DNA of 64,000 nucleotides from Puccinia triticina. Taxonomy: Eukaryota. Shown piece by piece: positions 37,806 to 52,105 of the stretch. Below the pieces are notes generated by a model. That model did no database searches, had not been told where the DNA came from, and was given only the letters and a program-made list of their open reading frames with translations. The first letter of the stretch is position 1. The number at the start of each line of letters is the position of its first letter. The translations under genes were made by a program, and so were the position numbers. The stretch spans positions 7,998,001-8,062,000 of the forward strand of contig CP110439.1 in NCBI GenBank assembly GCA_026914245.1. Direction: 5' to 3'.

Positions 37806-38299
37806 CCTCTGTCTAGCCCCCAAAAGTCAGTCTCTCACCAGCGCCTTAAACCCAGCTCCATCCACTGATGGAAACCGCTTCAACTACACACCTCCAGTTG
37901 GCCGCAGTCCAGCTATTTCCCTCCGCTCCTCTCCGCCTATCCAATCTGGCTACCAATCCACAATCTGTGGTTTGTCCCAGTTGCTTGCATTCCCAAATGT
38001 GCAACTTGATGTATGCATTTTCCTGAGATTTCTGACATCACCACCCATACTATGTCACCAAATGTGTGTTGAGCTCAGCCATGTGTACATTCCTGCTGGT
38101 GCTACAGCCAAGTGGACATTCCGTCAACCCATGCCCATATAAACCACCACACTGGAAACCTATGAAATGAATAAAGTGTGTTTCTCTTGGAGATTTTCAC
38201 CAACAATCCAACCATCTATCTACAAGAAATCCAACAGAATCTATCCAAAAAATGCAACCTCCAGATCTCACTACAAACCATATTGAATGAGCTTCATTG

Positions 38300-39050
38300 A
38301 CACCTCCACATGAGTCAAAAAGCCATGATGAAGGACCAATAATGACCTGACTGAACAAGCCAATTACATCCTTCTCATGGCCCACTACAAGCCTAAATGC
38401 CTTGTCTTCACTGGTAAGTCCTATGATCTTCTTTTCTCATCTCCATTAATTTGATCTTTTACCATAGCCAAATTTTCTCTCTTTTAGGCAAAAGCGGGGT
38501 AAATCTGGATGTGGTGATTTGTACTTGGGGTTAGGCGTGTGTGAGAGGACCTCATATTCATGGCTTGCTGCTTGCTGTAGCAAGGGCAACCCAGCTGTGG
38601 CCCTCAGTGGTCTTGTTGCAGTTATGGTACAGCCCAAAAACATCATACAAATTGATTTCGAGACATACTGAGAACACATGTTGATGAGTAAATTTATGTG
38701 TTGATTCTGAGATCAACATCCAAAACTTACCATTTGATGTTGGAAGCTTCCCAGCATGAATCCATTCCCAGGAACCCAAAGTGTCATTGTGAGGACAATG
38801 CACAAATACATCACAGCAGAAATCTCTAATAGATTGTTGAGGATCATGGCTGTAACCTTATCTATCTTCTCACCTACCTACCCAACAAAAACCCAATTGA
38901 AAAGGTGTTCAGTGCATTAAAAATTGACTTCGTGATGATATGGAGAGCTCAATGGGGGCAAAACCAATGGGGAGGCAATCAAGGCCTTCACACAGCTTGT
39001 CTTCACCCCAGAATTCATGCAAGGCCTGTTATAAGGCTCTGGTTACAGGT
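38300..39050 (+). pseudogene. Highly decayed Tc1/mariner-IS630 (DDE_3-type) transposase
   Basis: PSMNPFPGTQSVIV, frameshift, DNAQIHH...HGCNLIYLLTYLPNKNPIEKVFSALK resembles the DNA.xH...YLPPYSPDxNPIE motifs. Boundaries are approximate. Confidence 0.65.
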
Positions 39051-41165
39051 CAAGAATCAAACCAAGCAATCAAATTTGCAAGCCTAAGCTCCCTCTGGTG
39101 GTTTGTCTAATGAACACTCATAACATGATTGAGATCATCCAATGATCAAGAAAGTTGCATTGAACATACATCAAAATTAATCTTCCGTGACATGTATGTG
39201 TAAGCATGTACATATGGGAGCCTGTGTTGTGGAGCCCACGCCATGGCTCATACATAGCATGGATTTACCCCAGAATCTTGAGAGGTGTTTGAAATGAAGA
39301 GAACTCTCAGATCTCCTGATTTCAAGATTTCAGACATGTCAATCTTATGATTTTATCTTGAATGTGACTTCAAAATCAATTTTGAACACCTTATTTGATA
39401 AGTTAGTGGAGGACTCCCTGTGCAATCTTGAATTCCGTAGATGTTGGTTTAGACCTGAAAATTCTAGATTTTTGCTGGGAAACCTAGCAGATTTTTGGAC
39501 TCTAGATCACCTATGAGCCTCCCAGATCACGTTGGGTAGACATCCAGTGATGGAACTCAGACAATGTGGAACACAAGAGATGATGGAATTGCTTGTATAT
39601 GAATGTGGAACTAGTTTATGTATAGACATGTGACAACAAGAAGCTACAGTTCCACATGTCATTCTGCTGTAGAGAGCTTGTTGCAAAGCCTGGTCGCACC
39701 ATGCAGGGGAAAACCCTACCCGGCTTGGGGGTGCAGCATCCTAGCAAAGTAAATTTTTGGAGTCTCTACAGCGGGTGTAGATTTCAAATCTAAAGTGGTT
39801 CTGAAATGACAAACAATTTGGTCCAGCCATTTTTCATTTTTAATTCTGAAAGCCCATTTTTTGGGACCCATATCCCAAATGTGGGCCAGTACAGGGTCCT
39901 AAACCCATACTTATGCTTTCAGGTTTAGCATTAAACCAAGGCAAAAATTCAAATGAAGTACTTTCCAGCGTGACTGGAGGGTCTAAAACCAGAGCTGGGC
40001 CACCATTCCAATGTCCCCCCAAAACAACTCAAAAATGTTTTTTGGATTTGGGCCCCAACAATTTGGACCAGCCCAAAACCTTGTACAGTGGAGTGCTGCG
40101 CGCAACTGTAGGCGAGATTTGAGCGTAGCACAGTTCTGGATTACAACAGTGTGTCAAACACCTTTTACCAGTAATATAGACCCATCTTCTATGTATTTAA
40201 TTAGCTTTCGACAGGCTATGTATGTACGTAAATACATACTGTGAGGGGATCGTGAGCCATGACATCATTAGCCTATGTAAAACAGTTGCACATCTGTTTG
40301 ACTTGGACGAAATGCTTTTTCGATAATGTACAGTCGGGAAACCTTGGAACGCCACCCGTGACATCATGTTTATGGAGTTACATTGTATTTACAGGCAGAC
40401 ATCATGTATTTAAATCCAGAAAGAATCCTTTCTTTCGGTCCAGTTCTTGGCTGCTTCCGTGTAATACAGACTCGTGAGGTCACCGCAGGATCAGCTTGTA
40501 CAGATGATTCCAATCTTGACAGTTTCTGTTTCGCGCCCCAAGGATGTCAAACATTATTAACGATCATCCATCCATGATCCAAAAAGTGCGCCGCTAAAAT
40601 TTGTTAATCAAGTTTGTTCCTGTGTAGGAGCATGTTTTGATGGAGATTGAGGTCCTGTACGCATACTCCTATCCTGATCAAAAAACGGTGACCATCCCCG
40701 CCGAGACGACTGCATGCAACTACGGTTCTTTCGCATGATGGCCTCTTTCCGTCCTGGGGCCATTGAAACCGTGCGTGGATGAAAAGCCGTTAATCGGAAC
40801 TGCCTGGATGCGAGTATTTTTCGTACCACATCGTTTGCTGGGTACAGTTCAGGTACAGGCTTTACAGCCGCGCCGATATCGTCACCACTGTCATGTTTAT
40901 TTGCCTTCTGTCCCGGAACTCCAAAGTTGAAGGATTCCATAATTTGTAGTGTGTTCCGATTTACATTGTATTCCCTCTGTATGTATTACGCGGGGACCTG
41001 AGAGGGCGTCGGTTCGACTGTTCTCACATGTTGCCGAGATCACTTTTTAATTGAAATTCCCGCTGCCAGCTTATTAAAAGGCAGTCATGACCTCTCCAGA
41101 CGTTTCTTCCCCCCTCCCCCCTCCGGTCCTGATTTGGCTTTTCTCTTATCTTAACACTACGCACC

Positions 41166-43729
41166 ATGCTTTCTTCCTCTGCCCCGCTCTCCAAACACCC
41201 GCAGGAAATAGGTGCTGGCTCACCTTCCCTAGAAGATAAGAGCCTCGACAAGCAGACCGAAAGCTTTTCTAGCACAGAGGACCAGGATGATGTCGAGCTT
41301 GCCAAGCTTGGATATAAATCAGAGTGTCAGTTTGTTACGTCTTCTTCTGGCGCAAGCGTGATTTCGAAGCGCCATGTTTTCTCTGATGATATAAATTTCA
41401 CTGACAATCGTCGGAGGATTTTTGGTTACTCGTCAATCAGTTGCAAGAGAGTTTGGTAACTTCAGTACAATCTCGTTTGCATTCTCGATTATGGGACTGT
41501 GTTCCTCAGTTACTAGCACAGTTGAGTTCTTCTTTCATTTGGCCTGAAAACCTAATGCCATTTTCACTTCATTGGATCAATGAATGCCTTTCCTGGCAAG
41601 TCGAATAATTTTGATTATCTGTGCAATCTTTGTGTGCTTATACTAATTTGATTCGACATCAGTTCAACACTCCGATGTTGTCTGGTGGTCCGGCTTCAGT
41701 CGTCTGGTGCTGGCTGCTTGGTTAGTGAACTTTCTCCTGATACTACTTATTCAAGCAAAAAACAAAAAACAAACTGAGAAACTGAAAGCGGCATGTCATA
41801 TCCTGTTATTATTCAGGTTCGGTCATGTGCTTTGGCTTCGGGACCTCGATAGCTGAATTAGTATCAGCGTACGTAAGTCGATTTATCCTCTACAACGCCC
41901 TTTTCCCTTGATTTTGAGTTTCGAATCGACACGTTTTATCAGCCTACGTCAGGTGGCCTCTATTCGGCTTCAGCGTATCTTGTTCCCAGGCGTTATCGTC
42001 CCTTTGTTGGCTTTACGGTCGGCTGGCTGAACATTCTTGGACAGATTGCTGGTGTGGCATCTACCGAATTTGCGCTCAGTGAAATGATCTGGGCCGCGTA
42101 CACACTCATGAGGAACGATGACTTCTCACCGTGAGAAAAAACGTTTTATCTTTCTTTGCTCTCGAAGAGATAACTGATTCTCCCAAAACCCTATCTGGTT
42201 GTTCTCAACTCGTACAAAAGCTCCAAGTCTCAAACCGTAGGATTGTATGTTGGCCTTTTAGTCCTGCATGGATTACTTAATTGCCTGGCGACGAAAGCTC
42301 TTGCGGGGATCACCAAATCATTTATCTTCATCAATCTGACGGGAACTATGGCTATGATTATTGGCTTGCTGGCGACAACCCCCGACAAACACGATGCCAC
42401 TTACATTTTCACCAAAGTTGTTGATCAAACTGGATGGGGAAATGATGGGTTAGCGTTTCTCTTGGGCCTATTGAGTGTGCAATGGGTAAGTTGTTTTTTT
42501 GCCTCACGCTGGAACCTTACAGCGCCACTGATCAATATTTCATTGTCACAGACCATGACCGATTACGATGCTACTGCGCACATCTCTGAAGAGGTCAAAC
42601 GAGCGGCTATCGCCGCACCTGTTGCGATTTTCGTTGCCGTAGCTGGGACGGGATTGTTTGGATTCGTTCTCAACATAGTCCTTGTCATGTGCTCAGGCAA
42701 CATCGATATCAACAACCGCGGCGGCCGTTCAGAAATGATTGTTGCCAATATTCTTTACCGCAACCTTGGCCCGACGTGGTTCGCCATCGTCTGGGCTGTG
42801 ATCTGCTTGAACAGCTTCTCCGTCGTCTTGACAGCCCTCCAAGCCAATTCTCGTACAATCTTCTCATTCAGTCGCGATGGTGGTCTGCCCGATCGCGGTA
42901 TCTTCAGTCGTCTCTCAGTCCAGAAAGTCCCTGTTTATGCGGTTTGGTCGGTGATTGTTGTGTCAATCTTGATGGGTCTTTTGAAATTTGCTTCTACAGT
43001 CGCACTAAATGCTATCTTCAGGTACATTGCGCCTCCTTTTAAAGATAGAGTGTAGCTCAAACCACGACTACTGGAGATTTCGTCAGCTGAATGGCTGATA
43101 AAATTCCGACCTTTTCTTATTTCGTTTTCTTCCCATCCACTGAATTTTCAGTTTATGCACAATTGTAAGTGAACACGTGGATTTTATCAAGTTTTACGTG
43201 TTTCAGTCTAGACTAAATGCGTTTCCTGTACCGGCAAATTTTCACCCTGTCACAGGCCCTTGACTCGTCATACGCCATTCCAATTGCCATGAAGCTCATA
43301 TACATGGACCATCCTGAAGTACGTGATCAAAACACTCCTGCCGTGGCTGAGAACTCTCTTCGACTTGTCCGATCCGAACATGTTGCTGACGATACCACTT
43401 CATTCAGGTGCAATTCAAACCTGGCCCTTTCAGTCTGGGTAGAGGGACGCCATTGATGTGGTTTGTCAACCTGCTTTCATTGGCATGGGTGTCGTTTGTA
43501 GTTGTCATACTCGCCTTGCCGACGGTCATTCCAGTCACTGTTTTGAACATGAACTATGCGTACGTACCATTTTCTTGGGCCTGACGGATTGACACACACT
43601 CTTGACTTTTCAACCACTTCTTTCGCATGCAGCTCTGTTATCACATTTATTGTCATATCTCTGTCCACCATCTGGTATCTGACTTCTGCGCGTCATTGGT
43701 ATGTTGGACCCAAATCCAACTTACATTAA
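41166..43729 (+). CDS. APC-superfamily amino acid/polyamine permease (UGA4/TPO5/HNM1-like), multi-exon
   Basis: ELAKLGYKSE/FAREFGNFSTISFAFSIMG; GGPASVVWCW; IAELVSA/YPTSGGLY; GWLNILGQ; YDATAHISEE; SRTIFSFSRDGGLP; FKPGPFSLG; MNYA; ARHWYVGP. GT-AG introns. Confidence 0.9.
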
Positions 43730-45186
43730 TCAGCTGCCAGCGACAGCTACGAGGAATGATCATGAGTGATCTTATGGACGATCACGCGGAGTCCGAAAAG
43801 CACCCAATATTTATAGGCACAAGCCCTTTTTGCACGGTACATACATACAATTACGAAGTGGATACTCTTGAAAATATGAACGCTCCGCATACCCTCATGA
43901 TACCTCCCATATCGCACTTGAAACTCAAATCTCACAAATGTAGAACTCAAATTTCCAAAGCACATTTGCATCCACCACAGTTGACAACCCTGACCCTAGC
44001 CCCCATCTTAGCCCCTCCTCAATTCTCTGGCAATATTCATGCTAAATTCTGGCTATCTATCATTATCGTTGCTATGGTCTGTATCCTCCTCTTTTTCACT
44101 TTTGATTTGATATAGTTCCAACAGCATGCATGGCAGTCATTGTTTCTGCGGGCTGAAGGTCCCTATGTAGTCTTATGAAACGGATTCTTTTGATCTTTTT
44201 CTATGCCGCATCCAAGTCTTTCTAGAAAATGGGATACACTGCAAACCCATACCGTCAGAATACCCTTGTTAGCTTGCCATTCTTGTTTGCAAACAGTAGT
44301 CTGCAGCCCCCCCCCCCCCCCCCCCTGCCCCAAAAAATCAAAGCGTGAGTGGCAAGCCCATCTTTCTGTGAAGGGGGGAAGCCGTCTGGCGTCCCGCCGA
44401 GCCAACGGACGGCTACCCAACTTTTTCGAGACGTGGTGTAGGGCCGTGTTCGGCAGCGTCGTATTGCGCAGCAATATGTAAAACACATTTGTTTAGGATA
44501 ATCTTTTGTAAGTAAGAATATCATAAAGCTGGACAGTTTACCATCAGGCCAAAAAATGATGTTTTACATGATATGAAGGGACGTGCCACAATTATCTATC
44601 CAAAAGGTCCACATAAGACTTGTTTCAAGCAATTTCCGGTTTGACTGCTGATGCAGTCTTGATAATTCCTGCACAAGAGAGCCCTTCAGCCAGCAAGGCC
44701 TTGCTGAAAACTTTCATTATGAAATAAATAAAAAATGAAAAGTGTGAAAATTATCCAATTTAATGCAAATTTCTCTGAATTAGTTACTGTTCAAACCAAG
44801 GGGAGAAAATTAGAGGATAGCATGGCATGCAACAAGAATGATAAAAAACTGAACCCATTGGCAACAATTTTTTGGGTGAATGGGTTATCCACCAATTTAT
44901 TTAACACAGAACTGATTACTGTATGTGGGTGAAATCACCACAAATTTGACCCAATCTATTTGATCCAATAAAACACACTGGGAATGGTTTGGAAAAATGC
45001 ATAACACATTTTTTATGCAAGGTCAGCTGCTGCATGGCTGCATGAGCAACCCTCGATTTTTTGTCAAGGTTTGAGGGCTGATTTTGAATGAAAAGTGTTC
45101 TGGTTGGGTGGTTGTGGCTTGGTTTTGAATCTGGGGGTGAAGTTTTTTTGGGTTCGCGGGCTGGCTTCTGCAGACACACCTCGAGG

Positions 45187-48092
45187 ATGGACGACTACCT
45201 CGCCCCGCTCGCCGGGCACCCCATCCTGAGGGGCAGCAGCTCCTTCACCTTCCTCATCCTCAGCCAGCACCAGCTCATCACCGCCACACACCCGGAACTC
45301 AGGCTGCTCTCGCTGGCCGCGCTCAAGACCCGCCCCGAGAGCCACCGCCAGTACTCGCTGCTCGTCCCCAACCCCCCCTCAGCCCTGCCGACGGGGCCCG
45401 TCACCACCCTCAGCGCCAACCCCAGCGAGCGGCTGCTGGCCGTGTGCTCGGCCGACCAGCTCGCAGTCCTCAGCCTCCCCCGCACAGAGGAACACGCCGG
45501 CCCCTCCAGGCAGATCGAATGCCCGACGACGCCCGTCCGGACCGAGCCCGGCCTGCCGATCGCCAAGCTGCTCTGGCACCCCTGGAGCCATCGCGCCAGC
45601 ACCCTGCTCGTCCTCTACCCAACCGGCATCCTCCACGAGTTCGACATCGCCACAGACGCACTCCACCCGGCCCAGACTATCAACTTCAACTCGCCCTACA
45701 GCCTCCTGGGCCCCCCCGCGCCCATCGCATCCAGCCCATCCTTCGACGGCCATCCCTCGCTGATCTCCAGCTTCCAGCAGGTCTCCTTAAACCCCAAAAG
45801 ACAGCCATCGCATCACCCCCCCAGCAAATCCAAACCTAGGCTCTCCTCCGCATCTATCCCACCCCCCGCCAGGCACCAATCTGGCCCCCACAGGTCTACT
45901 TCCCGAGGAACCTATGGAGCCGCAGATGCCGCCTCATCCACCGCCGTCTCAATATGCTTCGGAGCTGGCACCGGCGACTGGGGTCCTCTAACACTCTATG
46001 CGATCATGCTCAATGGGGACATGTATGCCATCTGTCCCTACCTACCCAAGAACGCGTCAGTATGTTTCATCTACTCAGCTGGCAGACCGACATCTGATAT
46101 CCGGCGCGATCGATCTAGGGTGATTCCACTTTCCTACAGGAATTCATTGCTGTTCTTCTTGACGGCCAAGCTCGAGTCGATCTATACTACAGCCGGCACG
46201 GGGAAGAAACTGATGGACATCCAGGGACCTTTAGAGCAATCGCTAGACTATCTGAACTCGCTCTCGGACGTCCCAGACGAGCCGATAGACGAGCTGGATT
46301 CCGAGGAGGAGCATGGCCCGGAGGAAGGGGCGAAAAGGAATCGGAGGAAGGAGCGGTTCAAGGCGCTCGTCACCCCGCTCCGTCAAGGCCCGTTCTTACT
46401 GACTCCCTCGCCGATCGAGACGAACGAGAACGAGGAGGAAACCGTGTCCGATCTGCTCCATTTCCGCTACTCAGCATTATCATCCACACGCCAGAGGAAC
46501 TCGGCCGCTGCTGAACCTAACCCTGCGGATCCGAATAACGCTGGCGTGGGCGTGTTCGTGATAGCCTACCAGAGCCGACTCGACGTCTGCATAGAAGTCG
46601 AGAAAATCGAGCCGCGCTGGGTGCCCTCTTCGGATGCGAATACCAAAGCAGGAAAGCCGACGACGACGACGACGACTGAGCTGCCGATGCTGCTCACCTA
46701 CGAATCCATCGATCTGCACCTCAGGGACGGGCCCTCGGAGATGATCCGGGAGTTAAGTCCGCTGCGGATGACCTTAGACGTGCGCTACAAGGACATGATC
46801 TACGTGTCCCATGTGCGCGGACTCCATGTGGTGTTGATGCAGCCCTGGCTGGAGGGTCTTTTGGAGGGGGAGGTCGACGCGGGCCATAAGAACAAGAGGG
46901 GCAGCCTGGTCAGCTGGCTGATCCAGTCCTATGGCAGCGGCTTCGGGATCGCCGGCGTGAGCATCGTTGACGACGCGTATCTGGGCTGCAATCTCCTGGC
47001 GTTCACCGACATTGGCCAGTTGATCCCGATACCGTTCAGCCATAGGCTCGCGCCGCCTCCGGCGGCGGCCGCCACAGCGGACACCAAAGGCCCACTCGAG
47101 CAGCTCATGGCCGCGCCCCCGCTCTTACGCCGCTCGACCAGTCGGGGCGCGTCGGGCTTGTTAGGCGAAGTCTGGACGGTCCCGGCGCCTTTGGCGAGCA
47201 ATGCCCGGGGACCAGGGCTCAATGGGCCCCCACCCACCTCAGCAACCACCGCGTCAGCCGCACTTAAACACGCACACGAAGTGTCCGCTCAGGTGGACCA
47301 GTACATCCGGCGTCTGGTCGAAGCCATCAACCTGGGGCAAGACAGACTGACGCTCCAGATCAAAGAGTTCCAATGCCAGATCCGAAAACTGGCGCACTAC
47401 CCGACCTGTCTCAACGCGCTCAACCAACACTCGCAGGCCCAACTTGGGCGGATCCAGGCCATCGAGCGCGGCCAGAAAGCGCTGCTCAAAAAGGCCGACC
47501 TCGTCCTCCAGAAACTCGCCGACGACCGCAATCGCATCCTCTCGAGGGAAGAGACTCGGTGGTTCGCCGAGCTAGATCGGATGGCCCTCGAGGTCTTCGG
47601 CGACCCTGACGGGGACAGAAGAGGGCTCAAAGCGTCCATCGACCAGGTCCGTGTTCTCCATCCCTCCCTTCTGCGTAATCCTCGTGCACGGAAAAAGACC
47701 CACACCCGACCGTTTTCTCCTTCTTCTTTCTTTTCTTCCGCTGATGGGGTCCGAGAACGATTTGTAGCTGAAGAGTCAGTTGGAAGCGACCAAGGCGCGT
47801 CTCCGTGCCGACTCGCAACCCGCGCCGGGCCTCGAAGCGGGCCAAGGGAAGAGCGCGACGATGGCGGCCAAGAAGACGATGGGCGAGAGTCAACTGGTGC
47901 CGATATACCACAAGCTGGAACAAGCGTTCTTGAGTCCCCTTTGCCTCCCTTTGCCTCCACTCCCTTCGCATTGACTTTTCTGTTTTTGGCGCGCGCGGAT
48001 GGGTTGTTTTTTTCAGGAACGGGTGCTTGGCCGTTATCCATGATCAGATCAACAAGATTAACAAAACGCTGGCCAACAAGCCGGCCGCGTAA
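45187..48092 (+). CDS. NUP82: Nucleoporin Nup82/Nup88-like
   Basis: Beta-propeller motifs (WHPWS, DWGPLTLYAIMLNGDMYAICPYLP, QGPFLLTP) and a C-terminal coiled coil (LSREETRWFAELDRM). Probable introns near 46055, 47647 and 47926. Confidence 0.75.
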
Positions 48093-48707
48093 CCGGTTTT
48101 CTCCGGCTCTCCCCCCCCTCTCTCTTGCATGTGTGAGCTTGATTGCGTGTGGTGCGCGTTCTGGACGACGAATAGCTTGGTCTTTTGTGCGACTTAACTT
48201 CTAATCCCTTTCTTGGCCTCTTTGTGTGCGGAGGTGAAGGCCTCAAGTGTTTGATATGCAGAGATATCCTGTTCTTCATCTCTATGTCTCACAAGACGAA
48301 AAAAGATGAGTTCGGCTCCTCAATCCTCTACATACATGTACAATCATTATATATGTAATGTCAATGGGGAAAGATATGACTTTGCCTTGCAACACGTCAT
48401 ATTATTGAGTGATGAACCTGGATGAGTATCACCACTCAGCGCCACAGTATCCTTTCAGCAATCGCTCTTTCTTTGACTGCAGTTTTTTTGTATATTTGCT
48501 CGTTGATTTACATTGCATTTACACTACCCAAGAACGAAGAGCAACAAAACAAATCAAAACAAAAGAAAACGCTTTGGTAGGAGGGCCACCCGACGCACAC
48601 AAATGAATCTGAGGCAAAACAAGAAGAAATATCCGGCTCGAAGGGTGACTTTGTAGTGCAAAAAATGTGAACTGGTGACGAAAAGACTGAGTAAGAGGCG
48701 AGAGGAA

Positions 48708-50070
48708 TCAGACGGATTTCAAGGGCAAAGTGTATTGGAACTCTTGGGAATGTTCGTGTTTGTACTACGAGACGAATGGAAAGCACAAAGCCGCATCAAG
48801 ACGAGAACTGAGACGAAGACGGCGGGAAGATATGTTAGAAAGGAGACGAACCATGTCGAGAGCAACTTCGCAGCTTTCACGGACTACCCGACTCTGTTCG
48901 TCCGCCGATGCATGGGCTTCCAGGGTCGTTAATACTTCTGGCGTTGCGATCGAGCCCAGTGCTTCGGCCGCTTCGTGTCGTACCATCTCATCCTCCTGTT
49001 TCTGTCACCCACAACAGTATGGTCCAGATCCCACCCAACATGATTAATTATTTTTACTATGGGCCACAAGGACGAAAGAAACAATGAAAAACTTACATTT
49101 TCTAGGACTTTGATCAGGGCGGGGACTGATAATGGGTGAGAGAGTTGCCCAAAAACGTAGGCAATTTCGTGACTTGGGAGAGAGAGAGAAAAAAAAAGCG
49201 AATCTTAGTTTGGGTGGATTCTGAGGATTCCTAGACTGCTCAAAAAAGGCCTTCTCACCGGAACAGGGCGCTAGAGTCAGAAAATCCACTAGCAAGGGCC
49301 TCGATGGCGATCTGGTCGAGTTCATCGGTTTCAGAGGCTCTACGGATGGCGTCCCGGAGACCGAACATAGCCCGATAACGCTCAAAGAGAGTCTTCTGTG
49401 GGTCGAGAAGTTGGACCTTCATCTTGAGCAACTCGTTCCGTCCAAGGTCCTTCCCCGAGGTCTGGTGGAAACTCTTGATCATCGAGGGCGCCGGGTCAAT
49501 CGTCCCATACACCCCCGCCTCATTCGCCTTAGCTTCCCCATTCCCTTCAATCTTCTCAATCGCTAGCTCGCACGTCTCTCGAACTGATACTTCTTCATCC
49601 TTCAGAAACTCCCGCAAGATGCCCAATGAAACCGGATCTCCAATGGCTCCCATGGCCTCGGCCGCCTTGTTTTATTTTCGTTCAAGAGCAAATATTAATC
49701 AATTTTTCACGATTAGTTACGAGTCTTCTCTTCAGAAAAATAGTCATATAGCGCGAAAATTGAGACTGACCTCATGGCGGACCATTGGATGAACAGAAGT
49801 ATCCCTGAGAGTAGCTTCGAGTACGGGCAGGGCAGTGGGATCAGCAATCTGGCCGAGACAGTAAGCCAATTCGTGGCCAAGGAGAGCTTGAGGTAGATCT
49901 TTGGGCGGTCTCAAGGCGTCTCCAATAGCCCTGACAGCTGGCGTCGAGCCGATGGCCTTGAGTGTGAATAATGCTCGGAATCTCGAGGCGAGTGGGACTG
50001 TGCCTGTTCGGTTGGTCAGCGTCGAGTGCAGCTCGTTGATCTCATCTTCCGTCACGTTCAGGACCGTCAT
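48708..50070 (-). CDS. LIA1: Deoxyhypusine hydroxylase (eIF5A maturation), 4 exons
   Basis: [91 protein letters not shown]: the HE motifs of DOHH HEAT repeats. One expected HE segment was not located, so an exon may have been missed. Confidence 0.92.
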
Positions 50071-50401
50071 TCTTCTGTTTTGCGGATCTTGATGGGTGCG
50101 GGTATTCGAGCGAGGCGGCAGGGTGATCTCGTTGGCTGATAGTTGGGCTTGTTTGGGGCCCTAGTTTTTCCCCAAAATTGCTTTTCTACATTTTTTGTTC
50201 ATGTTGAATATTCAAAACAGCGCGGCCAGCCAGACTGCTGCGTATGTGAAAGGGTCGCCAGAGTAGGACGTCACACGACCCACACTTTGGCCAGGGACAC
50301 TATTTTTGGTGGACTTGAACAACTCCACCGGCCAACTTCACGCCCACCTGAACACCCCACAACAGTCTCACAACAAGGAAACAGTACCATTGGATCCTAC
50401 G

Positions 50402-51510
50402 ATGCCCAAATCAAGTGGGTCAGTTCAGCACCCTTCAACGATCCCCTCCACCCCGAGAAGAGACAAGCAATCTCTGCACCGACTGACTGATGGCCTTATT
50501 GCTTTTTCACATTAAGAGCGACAGACGGTTGTTCATCTCTCGAAGACCTCCAAAAAGACTAAAGAGGTCAAAGCTAAATTAATCGAACAAATCAAGGAAG
50601 CTTCCGAAAAATTCCAATTTGTTTGGTTGTTCACGATCGACCATGTTCGGACAGCTTACCTGCAGGATATCCGGTCTTCCTGGAAACCCTCTAGGTACAT
50701 TACCACAGTCCATCTAACCCAAACAAAAACCCTCCCATTTCTTCTTTTCTCACCGTGTGATTTCGCGTTGAGGGATGACTGCTAACGCTCAAGCCCTACA
50801 ACTCATTTTTTTAGAATCTTTATGGGCAGGAACGCGGTCATGAGGCTAGGCTTAGGTTCTCAAGAAGAAGACGAACACATGCCTGGGCTAGGCGCAATAG
50901 GCAAGGTGCGACTCACGATCGATCTCTATAATTCGGCAATGAGACGACCCCAAATCAAATTTGTATCTGACATTGAAAGTTGCACACTTCTCGGCATCTT
51001 ATATAGCTATTGGAAGGTGATACAGGATTGTTGTTTACAGACGAGCCCCCGAAAGTGGTAGTCGAATGGTTTGATGATTATGTGAAGGCTGACTACGCCC
51101 GGAAGGGCAACCTAGCGACTGAGACGGTGGAACTTCCAGCAGGTCAGTCGGCTTTGTTTGCTATATACAATCCAGACAAGAGAGAGAGAGCTGAGATACC
51201 CAAGTTTTGGATCTGTTTAGGCCCCGTCATGATCAAAGAGATCAACGATGAACCATCAGTTGCCCCGGGAGCCTTGGAGCCCCATCTACGAGCCCTCGGT
51301 CTGCCCACGACCCTCCAAACTCGAGTTCCAACACTCTCTTCTCCCCATGTAGTCTGCAAAGAGGGCGAAAAGCTCGACACCAATCAAGCCAGTCTCCTCA
51401 AGACCTTGGGTTACCAGATGGCCCAGTTCAAGATCGTCCTCAGTCACGTTTGGATCAAAGACCGCTCAACTACTTTCTCTATAGACCAGATCAGGGACCA
51501 ACTCAAATAG
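50402..51510 (+). CDS. MRT4: Ribosome assembly factor Mrt4 (uL10/P0 paralogue), 5 exons
   Basis: MPKS/KRQTVVHLSKTSKK; RIFMGRNAVM; GDTGLLFT; DYARKG..AT; LEPHLRALGLPT; VCKEGEKL..NQASLLK.LG.QMAQF. Confidence 0.92.
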
Positions 51511-51820
51511 CCTTCCCCTTATACTTCTCACTTTCATATTTCATCTTGTTTCTCTTGTGCTTTTTTCCATGGTTCATCAAACAAAGATCGCTTGACAGCT
51601 CTCCTCCCTTTCTCATCTTTGGCACCTCTGATTCGCCTCAACACATCGTCCATATTACCTCAGTGTAGGTATGGCTGTACAGCGTTTCATGCGTCGATCA
51701 GCTTTATTTGGCCCTTCGGACCTCACATATTAAGACGTCGAGATGTATGGTTGTCAAGTCGGCCAAAGCTTAGAAACTTACGTAGAGTTTGGCATAGCAA
51801 GTTGTGGCCACCGTGAGCAT

Positions 51821-51921
51821 GCGTTGTTGGTGTAGTGGTTAGCATTGAAGCCTTCCATGTCAGACGACTGCCCGTGCTTGATGAATAGCTTTAGTCCGGG
51901 GTTCGAATCCCCGACAACGCA
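51821..51921 (+). tRNA. tRNA-Gly(TCC) with a 29-nt intron (51858-51886)
   Basis: Acceptor stem GCGTTGT/ACAACGC, A box TGGTGTAGTGG, anticodon loop CTTCCA, T arm GGGGTTCGAATCCCC, and a T7 terminator just downstream. Confidence 0.92.
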
Positions 51922-52105
51922 GTATTTTTTCTGATTGCCCGGGTAGCAAAATGCAACTTGAAACAAGCAAACAGCCAGCTTAACTAAGCCTCTCGAACGG
52001 AGGGTCCGGGGGACCCCGCCCGGAGGGCTCTCCGCAGGAGAGGCTTACGCCCAATGTCTGAAGTCTGGCAGGGAAAGGAAGGATATTCAACCCCAAAACC
52101 ACTAA

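Noticed and set aside
47397..48041. 214-aa minus-strand ORF and other ORFs opposite NUP82
   Set aside because: Antisense shadows in GC-rich coding DNA, with no recognisable motifs.
45088..48204. Single-exon 1038-aa protein
   Set aside because: The ORF reads through probable introns (near 46055, 47647 and 47926), and the coiled-coil C-terminus continues in another frame. The spliced NUP82-like model is preferred.
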